Position numbers and translations under genes: made by a program
The notes under the pieces: generated by a model
The model's input: the letters and a program-made list of their open reading frames with translations, nothing else
The model's database searches: none
Told to the model about the DNA's origin: nothing
Shown here: piece after piece, positions 47,012 to 56,399 of the stretch
Numbering within the stretch: the first letter of the stretch is position 1
How the letters are laid out: the number at the start of each line of letters is the position of its first letter
Origin: Actinobacteria bacterium Ga0077560
Lineage (GTDB): Bacteria > Actinomycetota > Thermoleophilia > Miltoncostaeales > Miltoncostaeaceae
Direction: 5' to 3'
DNA length: 64,000 bases
NCBI GenBank assembly: GCA_001464275.1
Contig: LNFL01000071.1
Span: 32,894 to 96,893, forward strand

Positions 47012-48685
47012 ATGGACGCCGCCGAATGGCTCCTGCGCGCGCTCGCATCCGAGGGCGTGACGCACCTGTTCGGCAACCCGGGATCCACCGAGCTGCCCCT
47101 GCTGGACGCCCTGCCCCGCCAGCACCAGCTGCGCTACGTGCTGGGACTGCACGAGGCGGCGGTGATGGGCATGGCCGACGGGTACGCGCAGGCCTCGGGA
47201 CGGCTTGCCGCGGTGAACGTGCACGTGCAGCCCGGCATCGCGAACGCGCTGTCCGGGGTCCTGAACGCGGCGCGCACCCGCACCCCGGTGCTGGTGACCG
47301 TGGGGCAGCAGGTCACCGGGCTGCGGGATGCCGCCCCCTTCCTGGGCGGTGACGTGCTGAGCCCGGTGGCCGGCCTGGCGAAGTGGTCGGCCGAGGTGGA
47401 CCGCGCGGCCGACCTGCCCGCGGCCGTCCGGGCCGCGGTGCGGGCCGCCCTCACCCCGCCGCGCGGGCCGGTGGTGCTGAGCCTGCCGATGGACGTGCTG
47501 GTGGAGCCCGCGCCGCCCGCCCACCCCACCACGGGCGGGGACCCGCCGCCGCCACCGGCGAGCGCCCTGCTGGCGGCCGCGGTGGCGGCGCTGGCCGCAT
47601 CCGACCGGCCGGTGGTGCTGGCCGGTGACGGCGTGGCGCACGAGGACGCGTCCGATGCGGTGGCGGCCCTCGCCGAGCGCCTGGGGGCACCCATCTGGGG
47701 CGAGCCTCAGGCGGCCCGCGCGCCCATCCCCTGGGACCACCCGCTGTGGCGTGGCCAGCTCCCGCCGTTCGCCGCCCAGATCCGGCCGGCCCTGGAGGGG
47801 CACGACCTGGTGCTGGCGCTCGGCATGCCGGTGTTCCGGGTGTTCGGCGACAGCCCGGGGCCGGCGATGCCCGACGGCGTCCGGCTGGTGCACGTGGACG
47901 TCGATCCGGCGGAGGTGGGGCGCACCACGACACCCGACGTGGGCGTGGTGGCATCGGTCGCGGAGACCGTACGGCGTCTGCTGGAGGGGCTCGGCCCCCC
48001 GGGCGAACGGGAGCTGCTGCGGCGTGAGCGCACCGCCGGCGCGGTGGCCGTGGCCCGCCGGGCGGCGATCGCCGCGCTCCCGGCGCCCCAGGAGGACGGC
48101 GCCGTCGGCCCGGCGGACTTCGCCCGCGCCGTCGCGGCGGCGGTGCGCGACGACGACCTGGTGGTCGACGAGAGCCTCACCTCCGGCCGGGCGCTGCGCC
48201 ACCTGCTGCCCCCGCGTCGTCCCGGCACCTGGCTCGCGCATCGCGGGAGCGCGCTCGGCTGGGGGCTTCCGGCCGCGGTGGGCGCCAAGATCGCCGACCC
48301 GCGCAGCGAGGTGCTGGCCCTCCAGGGTGATGGCAGCCTGCTGTTCGGGGTCCACGCGCTGTGGACCGCGGCGAGCCAGGGGGTGGGCGTCGGGCTGGTG
48401 GTGGCCGACAACGGCGGGTACGAGATCCTGCGCGCCGGCATGGAGGGGCTCACGGGCCGCCCGGACGGCGACTGGCCGGGCCTGGCCCTGGACGCGCCCC
48501 GCCTGGACCCGGCGGCGATCTGCGCCGGCTTCGGGGCGACCGCGGCGAAGGTGTCGGACGCCCGGGAGCTGCCCGCCGCCCTGGCCGACCTGCGCAACCG
48601 CGCCGCCGCCGGGCCGGCGGTGCTGGTGGTGCCGGTGGGCGGCCGCACGCCGGCGGTGGGCTACCCCCTCGCGCCGGGCGGCTGA
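47012..48685 (+). CDS. Thiamine-diphosphate enzyme, benzoylformate decarboxylase-like
   Basis: GVTHLFGNPGSTELPLLDAL...MADGYAQASGRLAAVNVH...VTVGQQ aligns closely by eye with the BFDC N-terminus. The ThDP motif is GDGSLLF...NN-like (VVADNGGY). Confidence 0.8.
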   Translation: MDAAEWLLRALASEGVTHLFGNPGSTELPLLDALPRQHQLRYVLGLHEAAVMGMADGYAQASGRLAAVNVHVQPGIANALSGVLNAARTRTPVLVTVGQQVTGLRDAAPFLGGDVLSPVAGLAKWSAEVDRAADLPAAVRAAVRAALTPPRGPVVLSLPMDVLVEPAPPAHPTTGGDPPPPPASALLAAAVAALAASDRPVVLAGDGVAHEDASDAVAALAERLGAPIWGEPQAARAPIPWDHPLWRGQLPPFAAQIRPALEGHDLVLALGMPVFRVFGDSPGPAMPDGVRLVHVDVDPAEVGRTTTPDVGVVASVAETVRRLLEGLGPPGERELLRRERTAGAVAVARRAAIAALPAPQEDGAVGPADFARAVAAAVRDDDLVVDESLTSGRALRHLLPPRRPGTWLAHRGSALGWGLPAAVGAKIADPRSEVLALQGDGSLLFGVHALWTAASQGVGVGLVVADNGGYEILRAGMEGLTGRPDGDWPGLALDAPRLDPAAICAGFGATAAKVSDARELPAALADLRNRAAAGPAVLVVPVGGRTPAVGYPLAPGG

Positions 48686-48687
48686 GG

Positions 48688-48912
48688 ATGGCGGGCGCGG
48701 TCATCCTCATCCTGGTGTTGGGCGCCGTCCTGGGGGTGCTGGCGAAGGTGGGGTACGACACCGCCCAGATCGTGCGCGAGGAGCGGCGCGAACACGGCCG
48801 GGTCTCCAGCTACGGCATCCTGCGGATCGCGATCATCGCGGGCCTGGTGCTCATCGTGCTGTTCTGGTTCGCGCTGGGGCTCCTCGCGGGCGACAACACA
48901 CCCGTCTACTGA
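48688..48912 (+). CDS. Small two-TM membrane protein (74 aa)
   Basis: The ATG is 3 nt after the upstream stop, preceded by GAGG. There are two hydrophobic helices. Its stop overlaps the next ATG (TGATG). Confidence 0.5.
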   Translation: MAGAVILILVLGAVLGVLAKVGYDTAQIVREERREHGRVSSYGILRIAIIAGLVLIVLFWFALGLLAGDNTPVY

Positions 48913-49574
48913 TGCGGCCGCTCGGCGACGGCTGCCGCGCCCACCGCCTCGCCCATGCGCCGCCGCTGACGGAGGTCCCCGCACCCGAGCCCGGGCCGCG
49001 GCTGGCCGCGGCGCTCGAACGGGTGCGCGGCGCGCTGCCCGGCATGGGGATGTTCGACGGGCCCATCGCCGTCCCCGTGGCCGCGGGCCCGGACGGGATC
49101 GCCTATTACCGGGCCACCTACGCATGGAACGTGGCGCAGCGGGAGGGGGAGGAGCTGCCCGGGGGCCGGGGTCTGGTGGCGGTCGCGCTGCTGCTCCACG
49201 ACGGCGACGGCAACACACTGTGGCAGCGGCGCGCCGAGACCGTGGCCTTCGCGGGGATGTGGGACGTCACCGCCGCCGGCGCGTGGCACCCCGGCGAGGA
49301 CCTGGAGGCGGCCGCGCTGCGCGAGGCCCACGAGGAGCTCGGGTGCGCGCCCGACGCGCTGGGGGCTCCCGACGGCCGGTGGCTCACGGTCGGCCCCGCC
49401 CCGAGCGGGGCGACGCTGGTGCTGCGCGTCCGGGTGCCGCCGGGAACCGCGTTCCGTCCCGATCCGGCCGAGGTGGCGGAACTGCGGTGGGTGTCCGATC
49501 CCGCCGAACTGCCCGCGCCGGGGCTGGGGCCCGTGCGCCGCGCCGCCCTGCGCGAGGCGCGCCTCATCCCCTGA
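48912..49574 (+). CDS. NUDIX hydrolase
   Basis: The Nudix box GAWHPGEDLEAAALREAHEELG lies in the second half of the protein. Confidence 0.75.
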   Translation: MRPLGDGCRAHRLAHAPPLTEVPAPEPGPRLAAALERVRGALPGMGMFDGPIAVPVAAGPDGIAYYRATYAWNVAQREGEELPGGRGLVAVALLLHDGDGNTLWQRRAETVAFAGMWDVTAAGAWHPGEDLEAAALREAHEELGCAPDALGAPDGRWLTVGPAPSGATLVLRVRVPPGTAFRPDPAEVAELRWVSDPAELPAPGLGPVRRAALREARLIP

Positions 49575-49757
49575 GGCGCCGCGCGCCGCACCACTTCCCG
49601 AACACGCACACCCACGCGTTTTCACAATTCGGGCATCAGTCCGCTTGCGCGCAAACAACCGTCGACAAGAAGCTGACACGGGGACCCCGAACGGCTTCAT
49701 GAAGGAGGAAGAGGGTTCCGCCATCGCAGTCACCACGGACGAAAAGGAGACACTGCA

Positions 49758-51926
49758 ATGGCCAACACCACCCGCAAGATCCGCCGGAACCGTCACCTCG
49801 CTGCACTGCTGGGCGCCGGCTTCGCGGCGGTCGCCCTGACCGGCTCCGCAATGGCCACCACCCCGGTCGGAGACCAGGTCCGCCTCTCGGTCACCGGCAC
49901 CGATGGGGATGCCACGCGCGACGCGATCGCGCCCGCGATGGCCCACAACCCGCGGACCGGCCAGCACCTGGTCGTGTGGAGCCGGATCGGCGCGCCGGGC
50001 GTCGGCGCCGTCGGCCGCCTCATCAACGCCGACGGCACACCGGCGGGCCCCGAGTTCCCGATCTCCTCCGGAGGGGTCTCGGTCGCCGCCGCCGTCGCGT
50101 ACAACACCCGCGCCAACGAGTTCCTGGTGCTCCTGGGCAAGGCGGCGCCCGGGGGCGACATCGAGGCGTTCGTGCGCCGGGTGAGCGCCGCCGGCGTTCC
50201 GCTCGGCGCGGCCGAGGAGCGGATCTCGGCCATGGGGCCCGACGGGAACCCGAACTTCGTCGTGGACGCCGCGGCGATCGCCTACAACGGCGTCCACAAC
50301 GAGTACCTCGCCGCCTGGGTCGCCGATGACAACCGGGGCCCGCTCGTGGATGACGAGAAGGAGGTCTTCGTCCAGCGGCTCGCGGCCGACGGCAGCCAGA
50401 TCGGCACCGACGACCAGCGCATCTCGAACCTCGGACCCAACGGGAACCCGGCGTACCAGGCGCGGCACGTCGCCGTCGCCTACAACGAGATCCGCGACGA
50501 GTACCTGGTGGCCTTCACCGGTGACGACAACCGGGGCGGCGTGGTCGACGGCGAGGAGGAGGCGTTCGTCCAGCGGGTCTCCTGGGACGGGCTCCAGGTG
50601 GGCACCGACGACCTCCGGATCTCGACGATGGGCGGCACCGGCGACCCGCTGTACTCGGCCCTGTTCCCGACCGTGGTGCACAACCCGGCCACCGACGAGT
50701 ACCAGGTGGCGTGGCTGGGCGATGACACCCGGGGCGGCGGCGTCGATGGCGAGTTCGAGGTCTTCGGCCAGCGGCTCTCCTCCGACGGCACGCAGGTGGG
50801 CACCGACGACCAGCGCATCTCCGACATGGGGCCCAACGGCAACGCCGCGTACGACGCGGACGCCCCGAAGCTCGCGTACAACGCCCGCTCCAACGAATAC
50901 CTCGTGGCATGGGCCGGTGACGACGACACCGCGCCGCTGGTCGACAACAAGACCGAGGTGCACGTCCAGCGTCTCTCCGCGGCCGGCGTCGAGCTCGACG
51001 GGAACGACGTCCGCGTCTCCAACATGGAGGCGGCGGCCGACACGACGGCCCGCTCGGACCGCCCGGCGGTCGCCTACGACGCGAACGCCAACCAGTACCT
51101 GGTGACATGGGAGGGAGCCTCCACGGTCTCCCCCCTGGTGGCCGGCGAGTTCGAGATCTACGCGCGCCGGTTCGGGGCGGGGACGCCGGTGACCGTGGCG
51201 TCCCAGTGCAAGGTGCTGCCGCCGCAGGCGCCGCCTCCGGCCGGGGACCCCAGCAAGATCACGCTCAGCGTCGACCAGCTGCTGATCAACCAGCGGATCG
51301 ATCAGGCGGCGATCCGGCGGGCCAACGGCGTGCAGGCGTGGCTGGACGCCGGGGTCGAGTCGCGCGACCTGTGTCAGGCGGCCCTTGGCGCCGAGGAGCT
51401 GTACCCGGGTTCGGCCGGGGGCTACACGGCGGTGCCGGCGACCTACGGCGCGCCGGATCCGCGGCCGGTGCAGATCCCGGCGGCGACCCCCGGTGACCCC
51501 TCGAAGGTGACGCTGACGATCGATCAGCTGTTGATCAACCAGCGGATCAGCCAGGCGGCGATCCGCCGTCTGAACGCCCTGAAGGCGCGGCTGGATGCCG
51601 GCCTGACCAGCGGGGACATCGACGACGGGGCGGTCGGCCGGGCGCAGCTGAAGGCCGGGACCAGCGTCCTGTACGTGCCGGTGGTGGCGACGCCGCCCGC
51701 CGCGAGCGTGACCACGATCGCGCCGCCCTCCCCGGGTGACCCGAGCAAGGTGACGCTGACCGTGAACCAGCTGCTGATCAACCAGCGCATCAGCCAGGCG
51801 GCGGTCAAGCGGGCCAACGACCTGATCTACCGCCTGGGCCAGGGGATCGGCCCGGAGGAGGTCAGGAACGGCACCCTCACCACCGCGGACCTGGCGCCGG
51901 GCCTCCCGATCAGCACGGCCCCGTAG
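49758..51926 (+). CDS. Secreted repeat protein, paralog 1: 7 x ~66-aa propeller-like repeats + 3 x C-terminal helical modules
   Basis: AAGGAG lies 8 nt before the ATG, followed by a signal peptide. Repeat consensus: AYN...EYLVAW.GDD..G..VD.E.EVFVQRL..DG.Q.GTDD.RIS..GPNGN. The three C-terminal units each start GDPSK(I/V)TL(S/T). Confidence 0.8.
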   Translation: MANTTRKIRRNRHLAALLGAGFAAVALTGSAMATTPVGDQVRLSVTGTDGDATRDAIAPAMAHNPRTGQHLVVWSRIGAPGVGAVGRLINADGTPAGPEFPISSGGVSVAAAVAYNTRANEFLVLLGKAAPGGDIEAFVRRVSAAGVPLGAAEERISAMGPDGNPNFVVDAAAIAYNGVHNEYLAAWVADDNRGPLVDDEKEVFVQRLAADGSQIGTDDQRISNLGPNGNPAYQARHVAVAYNEIRDEYLVAFTGDDNRGGVVDGEEEAFVQRVSWDGLQVGTDDLRISTMGGTGDPLYSALFPTVVHNPATDEYQVAWLGDDTRGGGVDGEFEVFGQRLSSDGTQVGTDDQRISDMGPNGNAAYDADAPKLAYNARSNEYLVAWAGDDDTAPLVDNKTEVHVQRLSAAGVELDGNDVRVSNMEAAADTTARSDRPAVAYDANANQYLVTWEGASTVSPLVAGEFEIYARRFGAGTPVTVASQCKVLPPQAPPPAGDPSKITLSVDQLLINQRIDQAAIRRANGVQAWLDAGVESRDLCQAALGAEELYPGSAGGYTAVPATYGAPDPRPVQIPAATPGDPSKVTLTIDQLLINQRISQAAIRRLNALKARLDAGLTSGDIDDGAVGRAQLKAGTSVLYVPVVATPPAASVTTIAPPSPGDPSKVTLTVNQLLINQRISQAAVKRANDLIYRLGQGIGPEEVRNGTLTTADLAPGLPISTAP

Positions 51927-51936
51927 GACACCGGAC

Positions 51937-51966
51937 CGGGGTCCCGGCCACGGGGCCGGGACCCCG
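51937..51966 (+). terminator. GC hairpin 11 nt after paralog 1 stop
   Basis: cggggtcccggcc-acgg-ggccgggaccccg forms a perfect 13-bp stem with a 4-nt loop. There is no U-tract, as is common in high-GC actinobacteria. Confidence 0.6.
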
Positions 51967-52164
51967 CCGACGGGAGGACCGGCCCACCGGCCCACCCGCC
52001 GTGGCGGACGGGTGCGGGGATCCACACATGCCCGTTTCGGGAGCTGCCTCGTCGCACGCCCTCGAGCGGAAGACTGGTCCTTTGAGCGGTATGCGGTTGC
52101 GCTTCCGGCGGACAGGATCCCCGGAGGCGCACGACCGACGCACCGACGATCCAGCGAGCCGCAC

Positions 52165-54129
52165 ATGAGACGACGGGCCCTGATCTGCACCTGCCTGGCG
52201 ATTGCGGGCGTCGCGACGCCCGCCGCGGCGCTCGCGCCGGCCGGGCCCATCCGCCAGATCGGGGCCGAGTCGACGGAGCCCGGCCTGGCGAAGGCGCTCA
52301 GCGTCGGGGCGCCGGCCGTGGCGTGGAGCCCCGGGGCGAAGCGGTTCCTCGTGACCTGGCGCTACGACGGACACATCGACGAGGAGCCCTTCACACGGGG
52401 ACGGTTCGTCGATGCCGACGGGCTGCCGATGGGCGAGCCCTTCCGCGTGGCCGACGGTGCCGGGGGCGCGCTGGTGCACAACCCGGCGACCGGTGGGTAC
52501 GGGCTCATCGTCGGGGGCGACCTCGTCCACCTCGACACCGACGGCCGCGTGCTCGCCCGCTACCGCTTCTCCAGCCTGTCACCCGGGCAACGCCCGACGG
52601 AGTACGGCGAGCCCGTGCTCGCCGTGGACCCGGTCAGCGGGTCCTACATCGTCGCGTGGCTCTACAACCCGCAACCCGACGAGCGCAAGGTCCTGGTGAG
52701 CCTCATCCGGCCGGGCCGGGGCGTGATCGACACCCTCCATGCCGTCCTGCCCTACGGCCTCGGGGCGGAGGTCTCCTCGTCCCCGTCCCTGGCATGGAAC
52801 CCGGCCGACGGGACGTTCCGGTTGTCCTGGAGCGACGCCGGCGGGGTGAAGCTGCGCCGCCTCCTGCCCGACGGCCGGCCCGCCGGGGAGGCGGTGGAGG
52901 TGGCGCCGGGAGCCGCCTTCGGCGACACCGCCGTCACGACGCTCCGCGACGGCGGGTCGATGGTCGTGTGGTCGGCGTCCGTCCCCGACCCTGCGTTGCA
53001 GATCGACGGCTTCGCCCGCCGGCTCCTGCCGGACGCCACCCCGGGTGGTGGCGCCCTCAGGGTCATGCACGTCACCAGGCCCGACGGCTTCCCCGTGATG
53101 GTGCGGTCGGTGGCGGTCGCGGACATCGGCCGGGACGGCGAGACCCTGGCGGTGATGGACGTCGAGCGCCGGGGCCAGGAGGTGTACGGCCAGGTGCTCG
53201 GTCCGGACGGCTCCCCGGTGGGCGATGCCCCCATGGTCCTCTCCGGGGACCCGCTCACGGTGGTGGGCGACCGCCACGGTGCGGTGGCCGCCGCGCCCGG
53301 CGCGGGCCGGTACCTGGTGGCATGGACCAGCGCGCGGCGAATGGAGCCCCTGGAGTTCCGGGTGAGCGTGCGGGTGCTGGCCGCCGATCCGGTCGGCGTC
53401 CCGGCGGCGGCGCCGGTGTGTCGCACCCTCCGCGCGCCCGCGTCCGGCACGGGCGCGAGCGGCCGGATCACGCTGACGGCCGGGCAGGCGCGGATCACGA
53501 TGCGCATCGCCCGTGCGGCCCTTCGTCGTGCGGAGGCCGCCGCACGGTGGCTCGACGCCGGGATCCAGGGGCGGGATCTGTGCCGGCACGCCGTGGGCCT
53601 GGACGAGTTCCGCCCGGGGACGACCGCGTGGCCGGCCGAGGGCGCCGGTGCGGCCCACGAGCCCGAGCCCCGGCCCGTCGAGATCGCGGCGGCGGCCCCG
53701 GAACCCCGGCGCGTGCGCCTGGATGCGGGTCGCCTCACGCTCGACCAGGAAACCGCCCGCCGGGCCATCGCGCTCGTGGCCGCGCTCGAGCGGCGGCTCG
53801 ACGCCGGGCTCACGGGTGGCGACATCGCCGACGGCGCGGTCGATCGCGCCCAGCTCGCGCCCGGGTTCCGGCCGGTGGGAACACCCTCCGGGCCGGTGGA
53901 TCCCGCCACGCCCGTTCCGCGCGCGGTGTCCGTCGGGGCGGCGCCGGCCACGGTACGGGTGACCCTCGCGCAGATGCGCACCAACCGGCGCATCGCGCGG
54001 GCGGCCCTTCGGCGGGCCGACGCCCTGATCGACCGCCTGGAGGACGGGATCGGTCCCGAGGAGATCCGCGACGGCACCCTCACCTCGGCCGACCTGGCCC
54101 CCGGGCTGGCCCTCAGCACCGCCCCGTAG
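52165..54129 (+). CDS. Secreted repeat protein, paralog 2
   Basis: Signal peptide MRRRALICTCLAIAGVATPAAALA. The degenerate propeller-like region has strands ending in W (VAWSP, LVTW, IVAWL, LSWSD, VVWSA, LVAWT). Same triple C-terminal module and terminal motif as its neighbours. Confidence 0.8.
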   Translation: MRRRALICTCLAIAGVATPAAALAPAGPIRQIGAESTEPGLAKALSVGAPAVAWSPGAKRFLVTWRYDGHIDEEPFTRGRFVDADGLPMGEPFRVADGAGGALVHNPATGGYGLIVGGDLVHLDTDGRVLARYRFSSLSPGQRPTEYGEPVLAVDPVSGSYIVAWLYNPQPDERKVLVSLIRPGRGVIDTLHAVLPYGLGAEVSSSPSLAWNPADGTFRLSWSDAGGVKLRRLLPDGRPAGEAVEVAPGAAFGDTAVTTLRDGGSMVVWSASVPDPALQIDGFARRLLPDATPGGGALRVMHVTRPDGFPVMVRSVAVADIGRDGETLAVMDVERRGQEVYGQVLGPDGSPVGDAPMVLSGDPLTVVGDRHGAVAAAPGAGRYLVAWTSARRMEPLEFRVSVRVLAADPVGVPAAAPVCRTLRAPASGTGASGRITLTAGQARITMRIARAALRRAEAAARWLDAGIQGRDLCRHAVGLDEFRPGTTAWPAEGAGAAHEPEPRPVEIAAAAPEPRRVRLDAGRLTLDQETARRAIALVAALERRLDAGLTGGDIADGAVDRAQLAPGFRPVGTPSGPVDPATPVPRAVSVGAAPATVRVTLAQMRTNRRIARAALRRADALIDRLEDGIGPEEIRDGTLTSADLAPGLALSTAP

Positions 54130-54242
54130 ATCGGTCGGGGCGGAACGGGTCATCGCCCGGTTCCCGGTCGCCCCCGCGCGGGACAGGATGGAGGTGAGCG
54201 GGCACCGGAGCCCGCCACCTCCCACGGGGACGACCTCACGTG

Positions 54243-56231
54243 ATGCGACGTGTCGGCATCTGCATGCTTCTCGGAGCCGCGGTGCTCGCCGCGCCGGCGG
54301 CGGCACTCACTCCGGTCGGCGGCATTCAGGACATCGGGGTCGAGTCGACGCGCCCGGGGCTCGAGGACGCGCTGCACGTCGGCGCTCCGGGCGTCGCTTG
54401 GGACCCGCGTGCGAAGCGGTTTCTCGTGACCTGGAACCACCGTGGCCACCCCGAGCAGGAGTCGTTCACCACGGGCAGGTTCGTCGACGTGGACGGGACC
54501 CCGGTGGGTCCCGCGTTCCGGGTGGCCGATGGCGCGGGGGCGGAGCTGGTCCACAACGACGTGACCCGGGAGTTCGCGCTGATCGCCGGCGGGGATCTTG
54601 TGCGCCTCGACGGCGACGGGCACGTCCTGGGTCGCGACCGGTTCTCGGGCGTCGGGAATCCTGATTTGGGCGCGGGGCCACCGTCGGTCGTGGTTGACGG
54701 ACGCACGGGCGCCTATCTCGTCGTGTGGCTCCAGCGGTCCGGCCCCCTCGAGCCGCTCCAACTGTTCTCCCGGGCCGTTCGGCCGGGATCCGGCGGCGGG
54801 GAGCCCACGTTCCCGGTCGAGCCCATCCCCGCCGCCACCGCGCTTGATGAGCCTCGGAACCCGGACCTCGCCTGGAACGCCTCCGGCGGGGGGTTCGTCG
54901 TCGTCTGGCGATCGGCGACCGGCATGAGTGCGCGTCGGCTGCGCGCCGACGGCGATCCCGTGGGAGACGTCATCACCGTCTCGGTGCAGGAGCGCAGAAC
55001 CGACGCGGCGATCGCCCCGTTGCCCGGTGCGCCGGGATTCCTGGTGGCCTGGTCCGCCGCGGGCGCCGAACCCGAGGGGCAGGTCGACGTCTTCGCTCGG
55101 CGGATCCTCCCGGACGGGCGTGTGATCCCCGGTGACGATCACCGCATCACGCACGTCCTGTCGCCCAATGGCGTGCGGGCGGTCGCGGGGAACGTCTCCG
55201 CCGCCGTCGCCGAGCGGGCCGGTGAGGTGCTCGTGGTGGCCGATGTCGATCGGATCCACGGGATACCCTCGAGCGTGGAGGAGGCGTTCGCCCAGGTGGT
55301 CGGTGCCGACGGCTCCGAGACCGGCCCCGACGATCTTCAGCTCTCAGGCGATGTGTCCGTGGGCGATCTGGGAGACAAGCACAGCTCGCTGGCGTATGCG
55401 CCGGCGGCGAATCGCTACCTGGTGGCATGGACGGCCGCGGTGAGCCGCATGGAGCCGCGGGAGTTCACCGTCCGTGGGCGGGTCCTGGCGGCGGGAGCTC
55501 CCGTGGTGGCCGCCACGGCGCCCGTGTGCGCCGCGCCGTCCGCGGGCCCGGCGGGGCGGGCCGTGACCGGTCGCGTCGCGCTCACCGCCGCGCAGGCCCG
55601 CATCACGATGCGGATCGCACGCGCCGCGTTGCGCCGGGCGCAGGCTGCGGCCCGCTGGCTCGACTCCGGGGTCGAGGCCCGTGACCTCTGCCAGGGGGGC
55701 ATCGGTGCCGGGAAGTTCCGGGCCGGGACCGTACCGTCGATCGGGGATCCGGTGACCCGCACGGCTCCGGGACCGCGTCCGGTGACCATCGCCGAAGCCG
55801 CACCGGAACCGCGTCGTCTCCGGCTCGATGCCCGGCGGTTGGCGCTCGACCAGGCAACAGCCCGCGACGCGATCGCGCTGGTGGCGGCACTTGAGCGTCG
55901 CCTCGAAACCGGCCTCGCCGGGGGCGACCTCGCCGACGGGGCGATCGGCGTGGTGCATCTCGTCCCGGGGTATCGGCCGTGGTCCGTGCCGGGCGGGCCC
56001 GCGGACCCGCCCACGGTCGTCCCGCGGGCGGTGTCGTCGCAGGCGGCGAGGCGGATCACGCTGAGCGCCACCCAGATGCGCATCAACCGGCGCATCGCGC
56101 TGGCCGCACTGCGGCGGGCGGACGCCCTGATCGACCGCCTGGAGGACGGCATCGGCCCCGATGAGATCCGGGACGGCACGCTCACGGCCGCCGATCTCGC
56201 GCCCGGGGTGGCGCTCAGCACGGCCCCGTGA
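54243..56231 (+). CDS. Secreted repeat protein, paralog 3
   Basis: Signal peptide MRRVGICMLLGAAVLAAPAAALT. The N-terminal ~110 aa align closely with paralog 2. The C-terminal ~60 aa are nearly identical to paralog 2. Confidence 0.8.
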   Translation: MRRVGICMLLGAAVLAAPAAALTPVGGIQDIGVESTRPGLEDALHVGAPGVAWDPRAKRFLVTWNHRGHPEQESFTTGRFVDVDGTPVGPAFRVADGAGAELVHNDVTREFALIAGGDLVRLDGDGHVLGRDRFSGVGNPDLGAGPPSVVVDGRTGAYLVVWLQRSGPLEPLQLFSRAVRPGSGGGEPTFPVEPIPAATALDEPRNPDLAWNASGGGFVVVWRSATGMSARRLRADGDPVGDVITVSVQERRTDAAIAPLPGAPGFLVAWSAAGAEPEGQVDVFARRILPDGRVIPGDDHRITHVLSPNGVRAVAGNVSAAVAERAGEVLVVADVDRIHGIPSSVEEAFAQVVGADGSETGPDDLQLSGDVSVGDLGDKHSSLAYAPAANRYLVAWTAAVSRMEPREFTVRGRVLAAGAPVVAATAPVCAAPSAGPAGRAVTGRVALTAAQARITMRIARAALRRAQAAARWLDSGVEARDLCQGGIGAGKFRAGTVPSIGDPVTRTAPGPRPVTIAEAAPEPRRLRLDARRLALDQATARDAIALVAALERRLETGLAGGDLADGAIGVVHLVPGYRPWSVPGGPADPPTVVPRAVSSQAARRITLSATQMRINRRIALAALRRADALIDRLEDGIGPDEIRDGTLTAADLAPGVALSTAP

Positions 56232-56237
56232 GAAATC

Positions 56238-56273
56238 TCACCCCCACCCGCCGCGGACGGCGGGTGGGGGTGA
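56238..56273 (+). terminator. GC hairpin 7 nt after paralog 3 stop
   Basis: tcacccccacccgccg-cgga-cggcgggtgggggtga forms a perfect 16-bp stem with a 4-nt loop. Confidence 0.65.
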
Positions 56274-56399
56274 TCCGGGCGTCCGCGCTCTGCGAAACCT
56301 TGGGTGATGCACGCCACGCGCACACCTGCCGGCACCGCCCGGGCGGACACCGTGGGATATCTCACGGCGGATCCCGGGACGAAGGCGCAGAGTGCCGGA

